Sequence record: LR597658 | Direction: 5' to 3' (one strand) | DNA from: Escherichia phage VpaE1_ev108 | Length of the DNA stretch: 64,000 bases | Shown: piece by piece, positions 15,837-34,137 of the stretch | Numbering within the stretch: the stretch's first letter is position 1 | Layout of the letters: every line of letters begins with the position of its first letter | Program-made: the position numbers and the translations under genes | The notes under the pieces: generated by a model | The model's database searches: none | What the model saw: only the letters and a program-made list of their open reading frames with translations | Told to the model about the DNA's origin: nothing

Positions 15837-16410
15837 AAAAGGTCTAGTTAGAACCTTAGTGGATGTTATTGGTCACAGATTAGCTCGTGATAAAAATAAT
15901 AGACCAAACGTAATTAGAGCTTACCCTTCTGATAACTCAAATGACAAAGGTTTAAAACCTGACCAGCCATTTATTACCGTATATTGTCAAGATGCTGCAA
16001 CACCTTATGGTTGGGTTCTTGATAAGTTTGTTGAAGATGATGTAGTTTGTTACAGAATCGCTTTTCAGATTCCTGTATTGATTACGGTAAATGGTAAAGG
16101 TGCTCACAGTATTATGCTTGAGCTTAAACAAAGATTAGAGATGAGTTCAGTCAGAGATTTAATCCTTGAAGAAACAGGAGCTACAGTATTAGACACTGGA
16201 GCAATCCCTAACGATTACACTTATCTCAATACAGATTTCGAAAATTCTGCGCCTCTTGTTGTAACTCTTGTAAAAAACTCAGTCCTGAAAGATGAACGTG
16301 GAAGTATTATTGAGCGTGTCATTGTTGATGGTGAGTTGGTTTATGAAGAAGGGCAAGAGCCACCAGAATATACTATCCATCTAGATGTAGACTCCAAAGG
16401 GGTAAAATAA
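15811..16410 (+). CDS. hypothetical tail completion protein
   Basis: 199-aa ORF. Confidence 0.6.
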   Translation: MQLETAELEKGLVRTLVDVIGHRLARDKNNRPNVIRAYPSDNSNDKGLKPDQPFITVYCQDAATPYGWVLDKFVEDDVVCYRIAFQIPVLITVNGKGAHSIMLELKQRLEMSSVRDLILEETGATVLDTGAIPNDYTYLNTDFENSAPLVVTLVKNSVLKDERGSIIERVIVDGELVYEEGQEPPEYTIHLDVDSKGVK

Positions 16411-17763
16411 ATGTGGAATCCAATTGTTAATGTAGATATTACATTGAACACCGCAGGAACTACAAGAGAAGGTTTTGGTTTGCCACTATTCTTAGCTTCA
16501 ACAGATAACTTTGAAGAAAGAGTGCGTGGTTACACTTCCTTAACTGAAGTTGCTGAAGATTTCGATGAGAATACTGCTGCATATAAGGCTGCTAAACAAC
16601 TTTGGAGTCAGACTCCTAAAGTAACTCAGCTTTATATTGGTAGACGCGCTATGCAGTACACTGTATCAATTCCTGATGAGGTTACTGAGAGCACGGACTA
16701 CTCAATTACTGTAGCTGTCGGTGGGGGAATGTCACAACCATTCCAGTACACCTCACAAGGTGAAGATACTGCCGAGAATGTATTACAACAGTTTAAAACA
16801 CAGATTGAAGCTGACCAATCAATTAAAGATAAAGTTTCAGTCAATGTTACTGGTAGCAACGGTTCTGCCACAATGGTCATCTCCAAAGCTGGTGACAATG
16901 ATTTCGTGAAGGTAACCACTACAGCACAAACTGTGTCTATTGCAAGCACAACTGCTGATACAGCGTCAACTGCTCTGGCAGCTATTGAAGCTTATTCTAC
17001 CGACTGGTATTTCATTGCAGCAGAAGACAGAACTCAACAGTTTGTCTTAGCAATGGCTTCTGAGATTCAGGCTCGTAAGAAAATCTTCTTCACAGCTAAC
17101 TCTGATGTAGCAGCACTACAAGGTACAGAATTAAACAGTGCAAATGATGTTCCAGCACAGCTTGCTAAGAGTATGTATACTCGCACAGTTTGCTTGTGGC
17201 ATCACACAGCGGCAGAAGATTATCCAGAGATGGCATATATTGCTTATGGTGCTCCATACGATGCAGGGTCAATTGCTTGGGGTAATGCTCAGTTGACTGG
17301 TGTAGCTGCTTCTTTACAGCCAGCTAATAAGAGACCTCTGACAAGCATTCAGAAGTCAGCTTTAGATGCACGTCACTGTAACTTTATCGACCTTGATGGT
17401 GGTGTTCCAGTGGTTCGTAGAGGGATTACTTCTGGTGGGGAATGGATTGATATCGTCCGTGGTGTTGACTGGTTAGAATCAGACCTGAAAACTTCTCTGA
17501 GAGACTTGCTAATTAACCAGAAGGGTGGTAAGATTACTTATGATGATACTGGTATTACCCGTATTCGTCAAGTCATTGAAACCTCTCTACAAAGAGCAGT
17601 CAACAGAAACTTCCTGTCATCTTACACAGTTAATGTTCCTAAAGCCTCTCAAGTTGCTTTGGCAGACAAGAAAGCTCGTATCCTGAAAGATGTTACCTTC
17701 GCAGGTATCTTAGCAGGGGCTATCTTGGATGTTGACTTGAAAGGTACAGTGGCTTACGAATAA
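16411..17763 (+). CDS. putative tail sheath protein
   Basis: 450 aa; followed by a 148-aa tube-like protein, chaperone pair and tape measure (myovirus order). Confidence 0.55.
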   Translation: MWNPIVNVDITLNTAGTTREGFGLPLFLASTDNFEERVRGYTSLTEVAEDFDENTAAYKAAKQLWSQTPKVTQLYIGRRAMQYTVSIPDEVTESTDYSITVAVGGGMSQPFQYTSQGEDTAENVLQQFKTQIEADQSIKDKVSVNVTGSNGSATMVISKAGDNDFVKVTTTAQTVSIASTTADTASTALAAIEAYSTDWYFIAAEDRTQQFVLAMASEIQARKKIFFTANSDVAALQGTELNSANDVPAQLAKSMYTRTVCLWHHTAAEDYPEMAYIAYGAPYDAGSIAWGNAQLTGVAASLQPANKRPLTSIQKSALDARHCNFIDLDGGVPVVRRGITSGGEWIDIVRGVDWLESDLKTSLRDLLINQKGGKITYDDTGITRIRQVIETSLQRAVNRNFLSSYTVNVPKASQVALADKKARILKDVTFAGILAGAILDVDLKGTVAYE

Positions 17764-17778
17764 TAGAGGTAAATTGGA

Positions 17779-18225
17779 ATGGCTATGTATCAGCAATATT
17801 CCCCTAAAGACGTTGTATGTAGCTGGAATGGTATTGCCATTGAAGGCTTTGCCCCAGACTCATTTTTACGTCTACAGAGAACATCACCACTTATCACACC
17901 AGTTGTAGGTGCAGGTGGTCAGGTTGCTCTGACAAGAAATGCAGACAAGACAGGTACTATTGAGATTGAGCTAATGCAGACTTCTCTCTCTAACCAGATG
18001 CTTTCTGCAATTCAAGCTAAACAAGACAACATGGAACTTGAAGAAGATATCTCTTCTAACTTCGTAATCTACGACCCATCAGGCTCTGTTCTGGCAACTG
18101 GTATTAATGCTTGGTTGCAGGAATTACCACAGATTGAACTTGGGCGTGACCAGAACTCTAAAACTTGGATTTTTGGTTGTGAGAAGCTAGACTACACTTC
18201 TACAATTCCAGCGTCAAGTGTTTAA
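17779..18225 (+). CDS. putative tail tube protein
   Basis: 148 aa; followed by a strong terminator. Confidence 0.55.
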   Translation: MAMYQQYSPKDVVCSWNGIAIEGFAPDSFLRLQRTSPLITPVVGAGGQVALTRNADKTGTIEIELMQTSLSNQMLSAIQAKQDNMELEEDISSNFVIYDPSGSVLATGINAWLQELPQIELGRDQNSKTWIFGCEKLDYTSTIPASSV

Positions 18226-18237
18226 TAAATCCTATAA

Positions 18238-18270
18238 GGGGGAGACTTTAAAAGGTCTTCCCCTTTTTTG
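18238..18270 (+). terminator. rho-independent terminator
   Basis: gggggagac-tttaaaa-ggtcttcccc followed by tttttt. Confidence 0.75.
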
Positions 18271-18298
18271 TTTCTTTTAAAAGTATTAAGGAATCACA

Positions 18299-18697
18299 AT
18301 GAAAACAGAATCTAAAGTAATTAATGGTAAGAAAGTAAATATCGTTCTGCTTGGGGCAAGAGATGGTATTAAGATGTCTATGAAGTTGGGTAAAATTGTT
18401 GTTCCAACCTTTGCACAGATGCTATCAAGTCTGACTGATAAAGATAAGAAAGAGGCTCCAATGGTTCCATTTAAAGAACTTGTTGAAGCTTGTTTTGACA
18501 GAATTGAAGAAATTAACCTTGAAGAAATGGCTACCCTGTTATTTCAAGGGGCAACTGTTGATGACTTCCCACTCAATATTGATACATACTTCCAAGCAAA
18601 CTACGGTGAGTTTATTGATTACTTAGCATTTGCGCTGGAGGCAAACTTCGGAAGTTTTTTCGAAGCAAGCATTTTCAAAAGCCTAACTTCTCAGTAA
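18299..18697 (+). CDS. tail assembly chaperone
   Basis: 132-aa acidic protein immediately upstream of tape measure. Confidence 0.6.
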   Translation: MKTESKVINGKKVNIVLLGARDGIKMSMKLGKIVVPTFAQMLSSLTDKDKKEAPMVPFKELVEACFDRIEEINLEEMATLLFQGATVDDFPLNIDTYFQANYGEFIDYLAFALEANFGSFFEASIFKSLTSQ

Positions 18698-18699
18698 AC

Positions 18700-18938
18700 A
18701 TGGGTAATACTCTACAGACACCACTAACTGATGCTGCTGTAGAGGCAACCTATGAAGAAGCAGACGAGATGAAATTTGTGCTTGCTATTTATGGTATGGA
18801 AGGGTGTAAAGAAACACTTGACCAACTCTTTGCTATGACATTCTCTGATTTATTATCATTGAGACAATTTCTTGAAATTCAGAGGTCGTATAAAGAGGAA
18901 ATTGCTTACAACGAACTTAGAAGAGCAGGAAAAATGTA

Positions 18939-18939
<1 letters not shown>
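18700..18939 (+). CDS. tail assembly chaperone, second component (possible frameshift partner)
   Basis: 79-aa ORF between chaperone and tape measure. Confidence 0.5.
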
Positions 18940-26958
<8,019 letters not shown>

Positions 26959-26960
26959 TA

Positions 26961-28133
26961 ATGGCAGTAGGTGAAATTCAAATTAGTGCCTTGCCTCAAG
27001 CATCCTTACCAATTGACCTTAGTGATATCTTCCATCTTAAGCAGGGTATTGAGGATAAGAGGTGTACTCTTGAGCAATTACTTGCTCCACACGCAAGCCT
27101 AAGAAATAACCCTCATGGTGTTACTAAAACACAAATTGGTTTAGATAATGTTATTAATGCTCTTCAGTTAGTCGCTGCAAATAACTTATCAGATATTGTT
27201 AATGTAGCTGAGGCAAGAGCAAATCTACAGATTATGTCTTCAGAAGAGGTTAATAACCTTGTCCAGCAACATATCAAGGACAAGAGTAACCCACACAATA
27301 CAACTAAGGCACAGGTTGGTTTAAGTAATGTTCAGAACTGGACAACATCTAATCTGTATAACGAAGATGCAGATAAGTATGCTACAGCAAGAGCAGTAAA
27401 TAACTTGTACAAGGCTGTTCAGGCTTCTTATCCAGTAGGTACTATCCATCTTTCTATGAACTCTGCAAACCCTTCCACATACTTAATTTGTGGAGGTACT
27501 TGGGAGTTAGTTTCAAAAGGCAGGGCATTGGTTGGCTATGACTCTGATACAAGACCAGCAGGTTCTGTATTTGGCGCTTCAACTGTCACTTTGTCAGTTA
27601 ATAACATGCCTCAGCACTCCCACTCTGTGTCTCTTAGCGGTGGTGGTCACACTCATAATGCAACTGTGTCAATTTCAGCTTTTGATTATGGGACTAAGAC
27701 TACAAACTCTTTTGACTATGGGACAAAAGCTACTAACACAACTGGTAACCATACACACAGTGTGTCAGGTAACACTAGCACCAATGGTACTCACAACCAT
27801 GATGTGTATCCTAGAGAAAATGATGGCACTGGTAATGCTGTGGCTGACTCTAATGGTGGTGGTGCAAGAAGGACATCAAGGACTTCTAGTGATGGTGCGC
27901 ACTCACACAGCTTTAACGTCACATCTGGTGCATCAGGTGACCACAGCCACACGGTTGGTATTGGTGCTCACAGTCATACAGTTGGTATTGGTTCACATAC
28001 GCATAGTGGCACTGTAACAGTTTCTTCTTCTGAACATACACATAGTGGCAATACAAATAGTGTTGGTGGAGGTCAGGCAGTTAATATTGAACAGCCATCC
28101 TTCGTACTGTATGTATGGCAGAGAACAGCTTAA
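26961..28133 (+). CDS. tail fiber protein with His-box (HxH) repeats
   Basis: 390 aa; C-terminal repeats HSHSVSLSGGGHTHN, GNHTHSVSGNTSTNGTHNHD, AHSHSF, DHSHTVGIGAHSHTVGIGSHTHSG; ends WQRTA. Confidence 0.8.
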   Translation: MAVGEIQISALPQASLPIDLSDIFHLKQGIEDKRCTLEQLLAPHASLRNNPHGVTKTQIGLDNVINALQLVAANNLSDIVNVAEARANLQIMSSEEVNNLVQQHIKDKSNPHNTTKAQVGLSNVQNWTTSNLYNEDADKYATARAVNNLYKAVQASYPVGTIHLSMNSANPSTYLICGGTWELVSKGRALVGYDSDTRPAGSVFGASTVTLSVNNMPQHSHSVSLSGGGHTHNATVSISAFDYGTKTTNSFDYGTKATNTTGNHTHSVSGNTSTNGTHNHDVYPRENDGTGNAVADSNGGGARRTSRTSSDGAHSHSFNVTSGASGDHSHTVGIGAHSHTVGIGSHTHSGTVTVSSSEHTHSGNTNSVGGGQAVNIEQPSFVLYVWQRTA

Positions 28134-28143
28134 TTTCTTTACA

Positions 28144-28165
28144 GGGGCTTTATAGCCCCTTTTAA
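28144..28165 (+). terminator. rho-independent terminator (short T-tract)
   Basis: aggggct-ttat-agcccct followed by tttt. Confidence 0.55.
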
Positions 28166-28179
28166 GAGGAAAATTTATA

Positions 28180-30531
28180 ATGGCAGATTACAAATTGAGT
28201 GAGCTAAACTCAATCGACACAATCCGTTCAGATGACCTTCTTCATGTCAGAGTTAAAAAGAGACCTGAAATGCTGGGTGATGAAGACCGTCGAATGACCT
28301 ATCAAGATTTCTTAACATCTTTTAAGCTTGAAAGATTTGTTCAGATTGCTGGTAGCACTATGACGGGTGACTTAGGAATTGTTAAGCTACTTTACGGTGG
28401 CAAGGCTGTATTCGACCCCACAGGCTCTTCTGAGATTACTGTTGGTGATGTTTTAAAGACTTTTAAAATCAACGCAAACGGCCTTAAACTAACTATTGCA
28501 GACGCTTCAAGGTCGGCAACTGTTTATCATACTTTGAATAAGCCAAGCCCTAATGAACTTGGGATGAGAACTAATGAAGAGAATGACGCAAGGTATGCAA
28601 GACTAGCCGTGAATAATACCTTTAGAGGTACTCAAGCTATCCTCTCTGACAATGAAGCGCTCATTATTAAAAATATCACTCAAGGTGCTCCACTCTATCT
28701 TCGTGGTCAAGATGCAGATGGTACTAACAGATGGTATCTAGGTAATGATAATAGGGGTACAAATAATCTTGTATTGAAGAATGTAAAGTCTGACGTTTCA
28801 ATTGCTATTTTAGAGAATTTGGTGACAGTCAACAGAACTCTTCAAATTGCTGGCCAAGTTCAGCCTTCAAGTTTTGCTAACTTAGATGCTAGGTATTTTA
28901 CCCAGACAGCAGCTAATCAGAGATTTGCGCAGTTAGCTGGCAATAATACATTTAGTGGTTCTAATATTTTCACTAATTTTGTTATTAAGAAGAATGCTAA
29001 TGCTATTACTATTCAAAATGTAGATACAACTGCGGCTTTGTATATCCAAGCAAGGAAATCAGATGGAACTAATAAGTGGTACATTGGTAATGATGGTGAT
29101 GAAAACATTGTAAACATCTATAACTATTTAGCAAAAACACAAATCTCATTAGGTAACACCATTACCATGAGCAGAACAGTCCAAATTGGTGGTCAAGTAC
29201 AACCTTCTGATTGGACTAACATTGATTCTAGATATATTCCGGCAGCCACTTTGAGTAATCTCCCTAAACTTAATGTGTCTAATACTTTTACAAATGTGCA
29301 AACTATTGTATCTAACAACGAGGGTTTGGTATTAAGGAACTTGACACAGGGGCAGCCACTATATATCCGTGGTGTTGATACTGAGAATGTTTCTAGATGG
29401 TGGTTAGGTGTAGGTGGTCCAAACTCTAATGTGGTAACACTTAACAACAACTATTCTGACACTAAAATCTCACTTGGTGGCTCATCAGTAATGACTAATA
29501 AGAGCTTAGCTATTACTGGTCAAGTACAACCTTCTGACTTCTCTAACTTAGATGCTAGATACTATACCCAATCTGCCGCAAACGCAAGGTATATGCTTGC
29601 AAGTATCACTGGTACAGCTTCTGAAAAGGATGGTGATGGTGTTGCATGGGATGCAAAAACAGGTCTTTATAAGGTTACTAACACCACTGGACAGTCTTCT
29701 TCACTTGTATATCACATGTTTTTAGGGACTAGTTCTACACCATCTGCACAATTAAAGTTTTCGTTTAAAAATGGTGGGATGTGGTATAGAACATCAAGAG
29801 ATGCCTATGGCTTCGAAGTTAATTGGTCTAAAGTTTACACGGAAGCACAAAAACCAACCCCTTCAGAGATTGGTGCATACACTAAAGCTGAAACTGACCA
29901 GAAAATTGCAACAGCAATTAGTGACTCTACAGACCTTAACAAAATCTATCCAGTTGGTATTGTAACGTGGTTTAACAGTAATGTTAACCCTAATACAGCA
30001 CTCCCTGGTCTAACTTGGACGTACCTGAATAATGGTGTTGGTAGAACTATCAGAATCGCAGCAGCAAACGGTTCAGATGTTGCTACAACTGGTGGTTCAG
30101 ATTCTGTGACATTAGCTGTTGGTAACTTACCATCACACACTCACAGTTTCTCTGCTACCACTTCATCTTTTGATTATGGTACGAAGAACACTAACAGTAC
30201 TGGTGCACATACCCATTCAGTTAGTGGTACTGCTGCATCTGCTGGGCAACACGCACACAGAATTTCACAGGGTGACAACGCTAACGTTTCATCAGGTAGA
30301 GTCGCATCTTCAAACTCTGCTCAGACCCATGTTGGTTGGACTGAAAATGATGGTGTTCACACCCACTCAGTTAGTGGTACTGCTGCATCTGCTGGTGGAC
30401 ATGCTCACTCTGTAGGTATTGGTGCTCACAGCCACACAGTTAGTGGTAACACTGGTGGTACAGGTTCTGGTTCAGCATTTAGTGTTACTAACCAGTTCTA
30501 CAAGTTAATGGCTTGGGTAAGAACTGCTTAA
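28180..30531 (+). CDS. long tail fiber protein with His-box repeats
   Basis: 783 aa; internal repeated QIAGQVQPS(S/D)F motifs; C-terminal HSFSATTSSFDYGTKNTNSTGAHTHSVSG / GHAHSVGIGAHSHTVSG; ends WVRTA like the upstream fiber. Confidence 0.85.
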   Translation: MADYKLSELNSIDTIRSDDLLHVRVKKRPEMLGDEDRRMTYQDFLTSFKLERFVQIAGSTMTGDLGIVKLLYGGKAVFDPTGSSEITVGDVLKTFKINANGLKLTIADASRSATVYHTLNKPSPNELGMRTNEENDARYARLAVNNTFRGTQAILSDNEALIIKNITQGAPLYLRGQDADGTNRWYLGNDNRGTNNLVLKNVKSDVSIAILENLVTVNRTLQIAGQVQPSSFANLDARYFTQTAANQRFAQLAGNNTFSGSNIFTNFVIKKNANAITIQNVDTTAALYIQARKSDGTNKWYIGNDGDENIVNIYNYLAKTQISLGNTITMSRTVQIGGQVQPSDWTNIDSRYIPAATLSNLPKLNVSNTFTNVQTIVSNNEGLVLRNLTQGQPLYIRGVDTENVSRWWLGVGGPNSNVVTLNNNYSDTKISLGGSSVMTNKSLAITGQVQPSDFSNLDARYYTQSAANARYMLASITGTASEKDGDGVAWDAKTGLYKVTNTTGQSSSLVYHMFLGTSSTPSAQLKFSFKNGGMWYRTSRDAYGFEVNWSKVYTEAQKPTPSEIGAYTKAETDQKIATAISDSTDLNKIYPVGIVTWFNSNVNPNTALPGLTWTYLNNGVGRTIRIAAANGSDVATTGGSDSVTLAVGNLPSHTHSFSATTSSFDYGTKNTNSTGAHTHSVSGTAASAGQHAHRISQGDNANVSSGRVASSNSAQTHVGWTENDGVHTHSVSGTAASAGGHAHSVGIGAHSHTVSGNTGGTGSGSAFSVTNQFYKLMAWVRTA

Positions 30532-30538
30532 TCCCTTG

Positions 30539-30567
30539 TTGACTGATTGTTAAGATGGTGTTAATAT
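30539..30567 (+). promoter_or_regulatory. sigma70-like promoter TTGACT-17-TAATAT
   Basis: TTGACT 30539-30544, 17-nt spacer, TAATAT 30562-30567; overlaps inverted repeat agatggtg/caccatct. Confidence 0.6.
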
Positions 30568-30610
30568 TCTTTATGGGTATTCTCACCATCTTGGCTGATG
30601 AGGTGATTAA

Positions 30611-30805
30611 ATGCCTACAATCCTAGCAATTCTTCTAAAAAATCTAGGTAGCTTCTTCTGGAAACTCATTTTATCCCTCCTAAGTGAATACATGATTGAG
30701 AAAGTGTTCTTTAAGCTTGCAAGATACCTTGCGAGTAAAACAGACACACCTATTGATGATGAGTTCGTAGATAACTTAGAAAAAGCTTTTAAGGGGGAGA
30801 AATAA
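30611..30805 (+). CDS. small membrane protein (holin-like candidate)
   Basis: 64 aa; hydrophobic N-terminus ILAILLKNLGSFFWKLILSLL then charged tail. Confidence 0.5.
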   Translation: MPTILAILLKNLGSFFWKLILSLLSEYMIEKVFFKLARYLASKTDTPIDDEFVDNLEKAFKGEK

Positions 30806-31177
30806 ATGAAGTGGCTAGAGGAAGCTTTTAAAAATAATATTGGTGCAATTGTAGTTGGTATTTTTAGTGTTATTGGGATGTATACCACTATGCAAGTTTC
30901 AAGTGGTAAACAAGAAGTGTCTGTCACAACAAAGTTACAGCAGCTAGATAATTATTCCAAAAGTAACTATTCAGCTATTCGTGATTTACAGTCTGACATG
31001 AGACTGATTCAGCTAGGGATGGAGAACCAGAAAGTTCAGTTAGAGAATGTTAAGGGTGAAAACGCAAAACTTACCAAAACTCTTGATAAATTCTCTGACA
31101 GTGTGAATAATCTGGCTCAATCAGTATCAGCCCTCCAAGCTATTACTGAGAAGAACACAAAGAATACTGAAAAATAA
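30806..31177 (+). CDS. membrane-anchored coiled-coil protein (spanin/lysis-associated candidate)
   Basis: 123 aa; N-terminal TM helix IGAIVVGIFSVIGMY then coiled-coil. Confidence 0.5.
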   Translation: MKWLEEAFKNNIGAIVVGIFSVIGMYTTMQVSSGKQEVSVTTKLQQLDNYSKSNYSAIRDLQSDMRLIQLGMENQKVQLENVKGENAKLTKTLDKFSDSVNNLAQSVSALQAITEKNTKNTEK

Positions 31178-31181
31178 AATT

Positions 31182-31214
31182 TAAGGCTCCTTTTTACGGG
31201 AGCCTTTTTTGTTT
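31182..31214. terminator. bidirectional rho-independent terminator between convergent gene blocks
   Basis: aaggctcc-tttttac-gggagcctt with T-tract downstream and A-tract upstream. Confidence 0.7.
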
Positions 31215-32113
31215 TACTTACCTACTGACAGAGGTGCTTCAATCTTCCCTGCATGTTGGTAGTTGTTAATGCCACCAATAAAATCACTTGCAGTAAGATG
31301 TTTTAAGTCACTTAAAGTGTTAAGTGGTAGCCCAATCTCAAAAGTAGGTGCATGGAACTCTTCATTGTTCATCAGTTCATAAACCTGCTTCATATGGTTA
31401 TGATAAATCTGAGTATCTCCAAAGACACCTATCAAGTATCGTGGAGTGTATCCAGTCATCTTACAAAGAACTTCTAAGATGAAGCCATAAGACGCAATAT
31501 TAAACGGAAGTCCTAAAAAGGTGTCTACAGAACGCTGATACCATTGTAAGTCAACTTCACCTTCATTAGTGATATAAATCTGAAACAGAACATGGCAAGG
31601 TGCTAAAGCCATCGAGTTAGCTGAAATATCTGCTGCATTCCAAGCATTAACAAGCATGTAACGGTCTGTGATATCACCTTTCATCTTCGTTACTAAGGTT
31701 TCTAACTGGTCTACAACACAACCATTATGACCCTCAAAGTTTCTCCACTGAACCCCGTAGATTCTACCACCTGCATCCTCTAACCAGTCTTGTTCAGAGG
31801 AATAATTAGAGCTTAACCAGCGTTTAAAATCATCTGACCAGATAGTCCAGCGTTCCCCATCATTTTCACCCCAAGTACGGTAACGAAGTTCACCAAGCTT
31901 ATTCTCACCGTTCAGGAACCATAAAGCTTCCCCAATAACTTGCCGTGTAAACACCTGTTTAGATGTTAAGAGTGGAAAACCAGTACGCATATCAAAGCGA
32001 AACTGTGGTGGAGCAAATGCAGAGATAACATCTCCAGTTCTTGTAGTACGCAGTTCACCAACGGATAAAACATGGTTCAGGATATTTTTGTAACTTGTAT
32101 CTGCTTGTGACAT
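31214..32113 (-). CDS. thyA: thymidylate synthase
   Basis: 299 aa; catalytic-Cys motif ALAPCHVLFQIY. Confidence 0.8.
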   Translation of the reverse strand: MSQADTSYKNILNHVLSVGELRTTRTGDVISAFAPPQFRFDMRTGFPLLTSKQVFTRQVIGEALWFLNGENKLGELRYRTWGENDGERWTIWSDDFKRWLSSNYSSEQDWLEDAGGRIYGVQWRNFEGHNGCVVDQLETLVTKMKGDITDRYMLVNAWNAADISANSMALAPCHVLFQIYITNEGEVDLQWYQRSVDTFLGLPFNIASYGFILEVLCKMTGYTPRYLIGVFGDTQIYHNHMKQVYELMNNEEFHAPTFEIGLPLNTLSDLKHLTASDFIGGINNYQHAGKIEAPLSVGK

Positions 32114-32114
32114 A

Positions 32115-32660
32115 TCAAAAGTGTCCTTTTACTTGTGGAACATAAATTTCAAAGGTTGCTTTACCATCCTCTGATGGTTTTGACTGTACCTTTGTAAATA
32201 CACGGTTATCATACAGCTTCTCAAAGAAGTTTTCAAAAGGTAAATACACAGTGGCCTCTTCAGTAACTTTATGGAAAACTGTATGGAAAACTACACCAGC
32301 ATATGGTAAAGCATTGACAAGGACACCTGCACCACCAATTACAAAGATATCTTCATCAATAGAGCTATCGAGATACTTCAAAAATGCTCCAAAGGATTCT
32401 TTGCTGGCCTTAGCATACATTACCTCATCTTTGCCAAAGTCTATGCCTAAGTATGGTACAGAGTTTGTTAAGATGAGGTTTGCACGTTCTGGTAAAGGTT
32501 TACTACCCAGAGTCTTGAAAGTCTCATTCCCCATTACTACTAAGTTGTTTTTAGTGAGTCTCTTAAACTCTTGCATATCCTGTTTATGTCGAGGCCACGG
32601 CATACCAGTTGGAGTACCAAACTCCCCATTTTCACCACTTGCAAAGATTAATTTAATCAT
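32115..32660 (-). CDS. dihydrofolate reductase
   Basis: 181 aa; N-terminal MIKLIFA...G motif; adjacent to thyA. Confidence 0.7.
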   Translation of the reverse strand: MIKLIFASGENGEFGTPTGMPWPRHKQDMQEFKRLTKNNLVVMGNETFKTLGSKPLPERANLILTNSVPYLGIDFGKDEVMYAKASKESFGAFLKYLDSSIDEDIFVIGGAGVLVNALPYAGVVFHTVFHKVTEEATVYLPFENFFEKLYDNRVFTKVQSKPSEDGKATFEIYVPQVKGHF

Positions 32661-32917
32661 TTTGTAAATCCTTTCTTAATGAACCAGTTGATAACATTCT
32701 TCACAGCTTTATTGCTATGGTAGATTAAGTGTGGTGTAGGTTGGTATGAACCATAAGCCCAGAAAGCAATGATTTCATTACATCCTGTACACCTTGTACT
32801 CTCTTCAGCAATATGACCGTTGACTATTTCACTTACCTCGCCTTGTAAGTCTGTACACCCACAATGTGGGCATCGGATAGGTGTTCCATCAGACTCATAG
32901 CAGTGTTCAATTTTCAT
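32657..32917 (-). CDS. small zinc-ribbon protein
   Basis: 86 aa; CPHCG ... CTGC pairs. Confidence 0.6.
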   Translation of the reverse strand: MKIEHCYESDGTPIRCPHCGCTDLQGEVSEIVNGHIAEESTRCTGCNEIIAFWAYGSYQPTPHLIYHSNKAVKNVINWFIKKGFTK

Positions 32918-33433
32918 CTATTTAACCTCAAAAACTGGCTCAAGAACCAATATAAAGTCTACACAGTCATCTTCTTCATCCAGAATACCATCAAAGTTCT
33001 TAGGAACGAAGTCGAAGAGGCTCATCACAAAGCAGTCAGAAGTGACCTTGATAGTTCCTCCCATGTTCTCTACAGTTAACACTGTACGACTTTCTTTTAC
33101 CTCCCTCAGAAGATTACCCACAAAGTCATCTAAGAAGTACTTCATTAGTGACTTAAAACCTTTAGGATAATCTGTACCAGAGTATGTTTCAATCTGAGGC
33201 ACAAGCTTAACATTTATACTAGTCTTTGTTAAGAACGTGTTAGAGAACATACTATCAGGTAACTTACAAACACTCTTTCCAGTACCTTCATGTTCAATCT
33301 CAACAAAACCAGCTTCGTCGCCACATGTAACTATTTTAAAAGATGCTTCATTCTCATACTGTGAAGCCATAAACTTTTTAAGCATCTCTTTAAGGAAATC
33401 TGCATGAGCATCTTGTAAGTAGATATCAATCAT
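32918..33433 (-). CDS. hypothetical protein
   Basis: 171-aa ORF coupled to neighbours. Confidence 0.6.
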   Translation of the reverse strand: MIDIYLQDAHADFLKEMLKKFMASQYENEASFKIVTCGDEAGFVEIEHEGTGKSVCKLPDSMFSNTFLTKTSINVKLVPQIETYSGTDYPKGFKSLMKYFLDDFVGNLLREVKESRTVLTVENMGGTIKVTSDCFVMSLFDFVPKNFDGILDEEDDCVDFILVLEPVFEVK

Positions 33434-33446
33434 AGTTAATCACCTA

Positions 33447-33806
33447 TTATGGGAACAAACACTTAATGTCATCGTTTTTGAAAACGAAACTTGTGTAGTT
33501 ATGACCATCAACATCCAACCAAACAGCCTGAACATCTACACCATCAAGATTCTGGTAAAGCTCTTTGATGAAGTGGTCTTTCACAATCTGGCTACTAGTG
33601 GTTTCCAGCTTGATGTTTGAGATTGCTGAACCTACAGCCATATAGCCCATGACACGTTTCTTCTCAGTGTGCTTAATCTTACCATCTTTGTAAGCCATAA
33701 TGAGATTGGAGAGAATCTTCACACCATAATACTTTTCAAGGTGAGTTGGTACGCCATAAAAGCCTAATGCGAAGTTTTCAGAGTGGATAATGTTTTCACG
33801 TTTCAT
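33447..33806 (-). CDS. hypothetical protein
   Basis: 119-aa ORF. Confidence 0.6.
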   Translation of the reverse strand: MKRENIIHSENFALGFYGVPTHLEKYYGVKILSNLIMAYKDGKIKHTEKKRVMGYMAVGSAISNIKLETTSSQIVKDHFIKELYQNLDGVDVQAVWLDVDGHNYTSFVFKNDDIKCLFP

Positions 33807-33807
33807 A

Positions 33808-34137
33808 TTAATCTGCCAACCTTAAATTGAAATTAACACCAAATTTTTCACATACTTCCAACATATACTCAAGGGAGACGTTACCAGTGAGATGGATTAT
33901 GTTGGATACACGAGCCTGAGAGATACCACAAATTTTAGCAACTTGCTCTTGAGAAAGACCTCTGGATTTAATCTCTCTCTTAAAACGATGTGCAACGAAG
34001 TCTCTCATTTCGTCTACATCCATTGGACAAATATAACTCTCCATTTCAGCCTCTCTATCAGCCTCCCAATCATCTTGTGGGGCATAAGGGTCAAAAACCT
34101 CATTCATCTTTCTTCTTCCGTTTGCGTGAAGTGTCAA
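33808..34137 (-). CDS. helix-turn-helix DNA-binding protein (XRE/Cro-like)
   Basis: 109 aa; HTH-like segment LSQEQVAKICGISQARVSNIIH. Confidence 0.6.
   Translation of the reverse strand: MTLHANGRRKMNEVFDPYAPQDDWEADREAEMESYICPMDVDEMRDFVAHRFKREIKSRGLSQEQVAKICGISQARVSNIIHLTGNVSLEYMLEVCEKFGVNFNLRLAD

Noticed and set aside
27532-28017. 161-aa plus-strand alternative-frame ORF inside the first tail fiber gene (also 29771-30415 in the second)
   Set aside because: Arises from the repetitive His/Thr/Ser-coding region read out of frame; the translation is Leu/Val/Thr-rich repeat with no start context.
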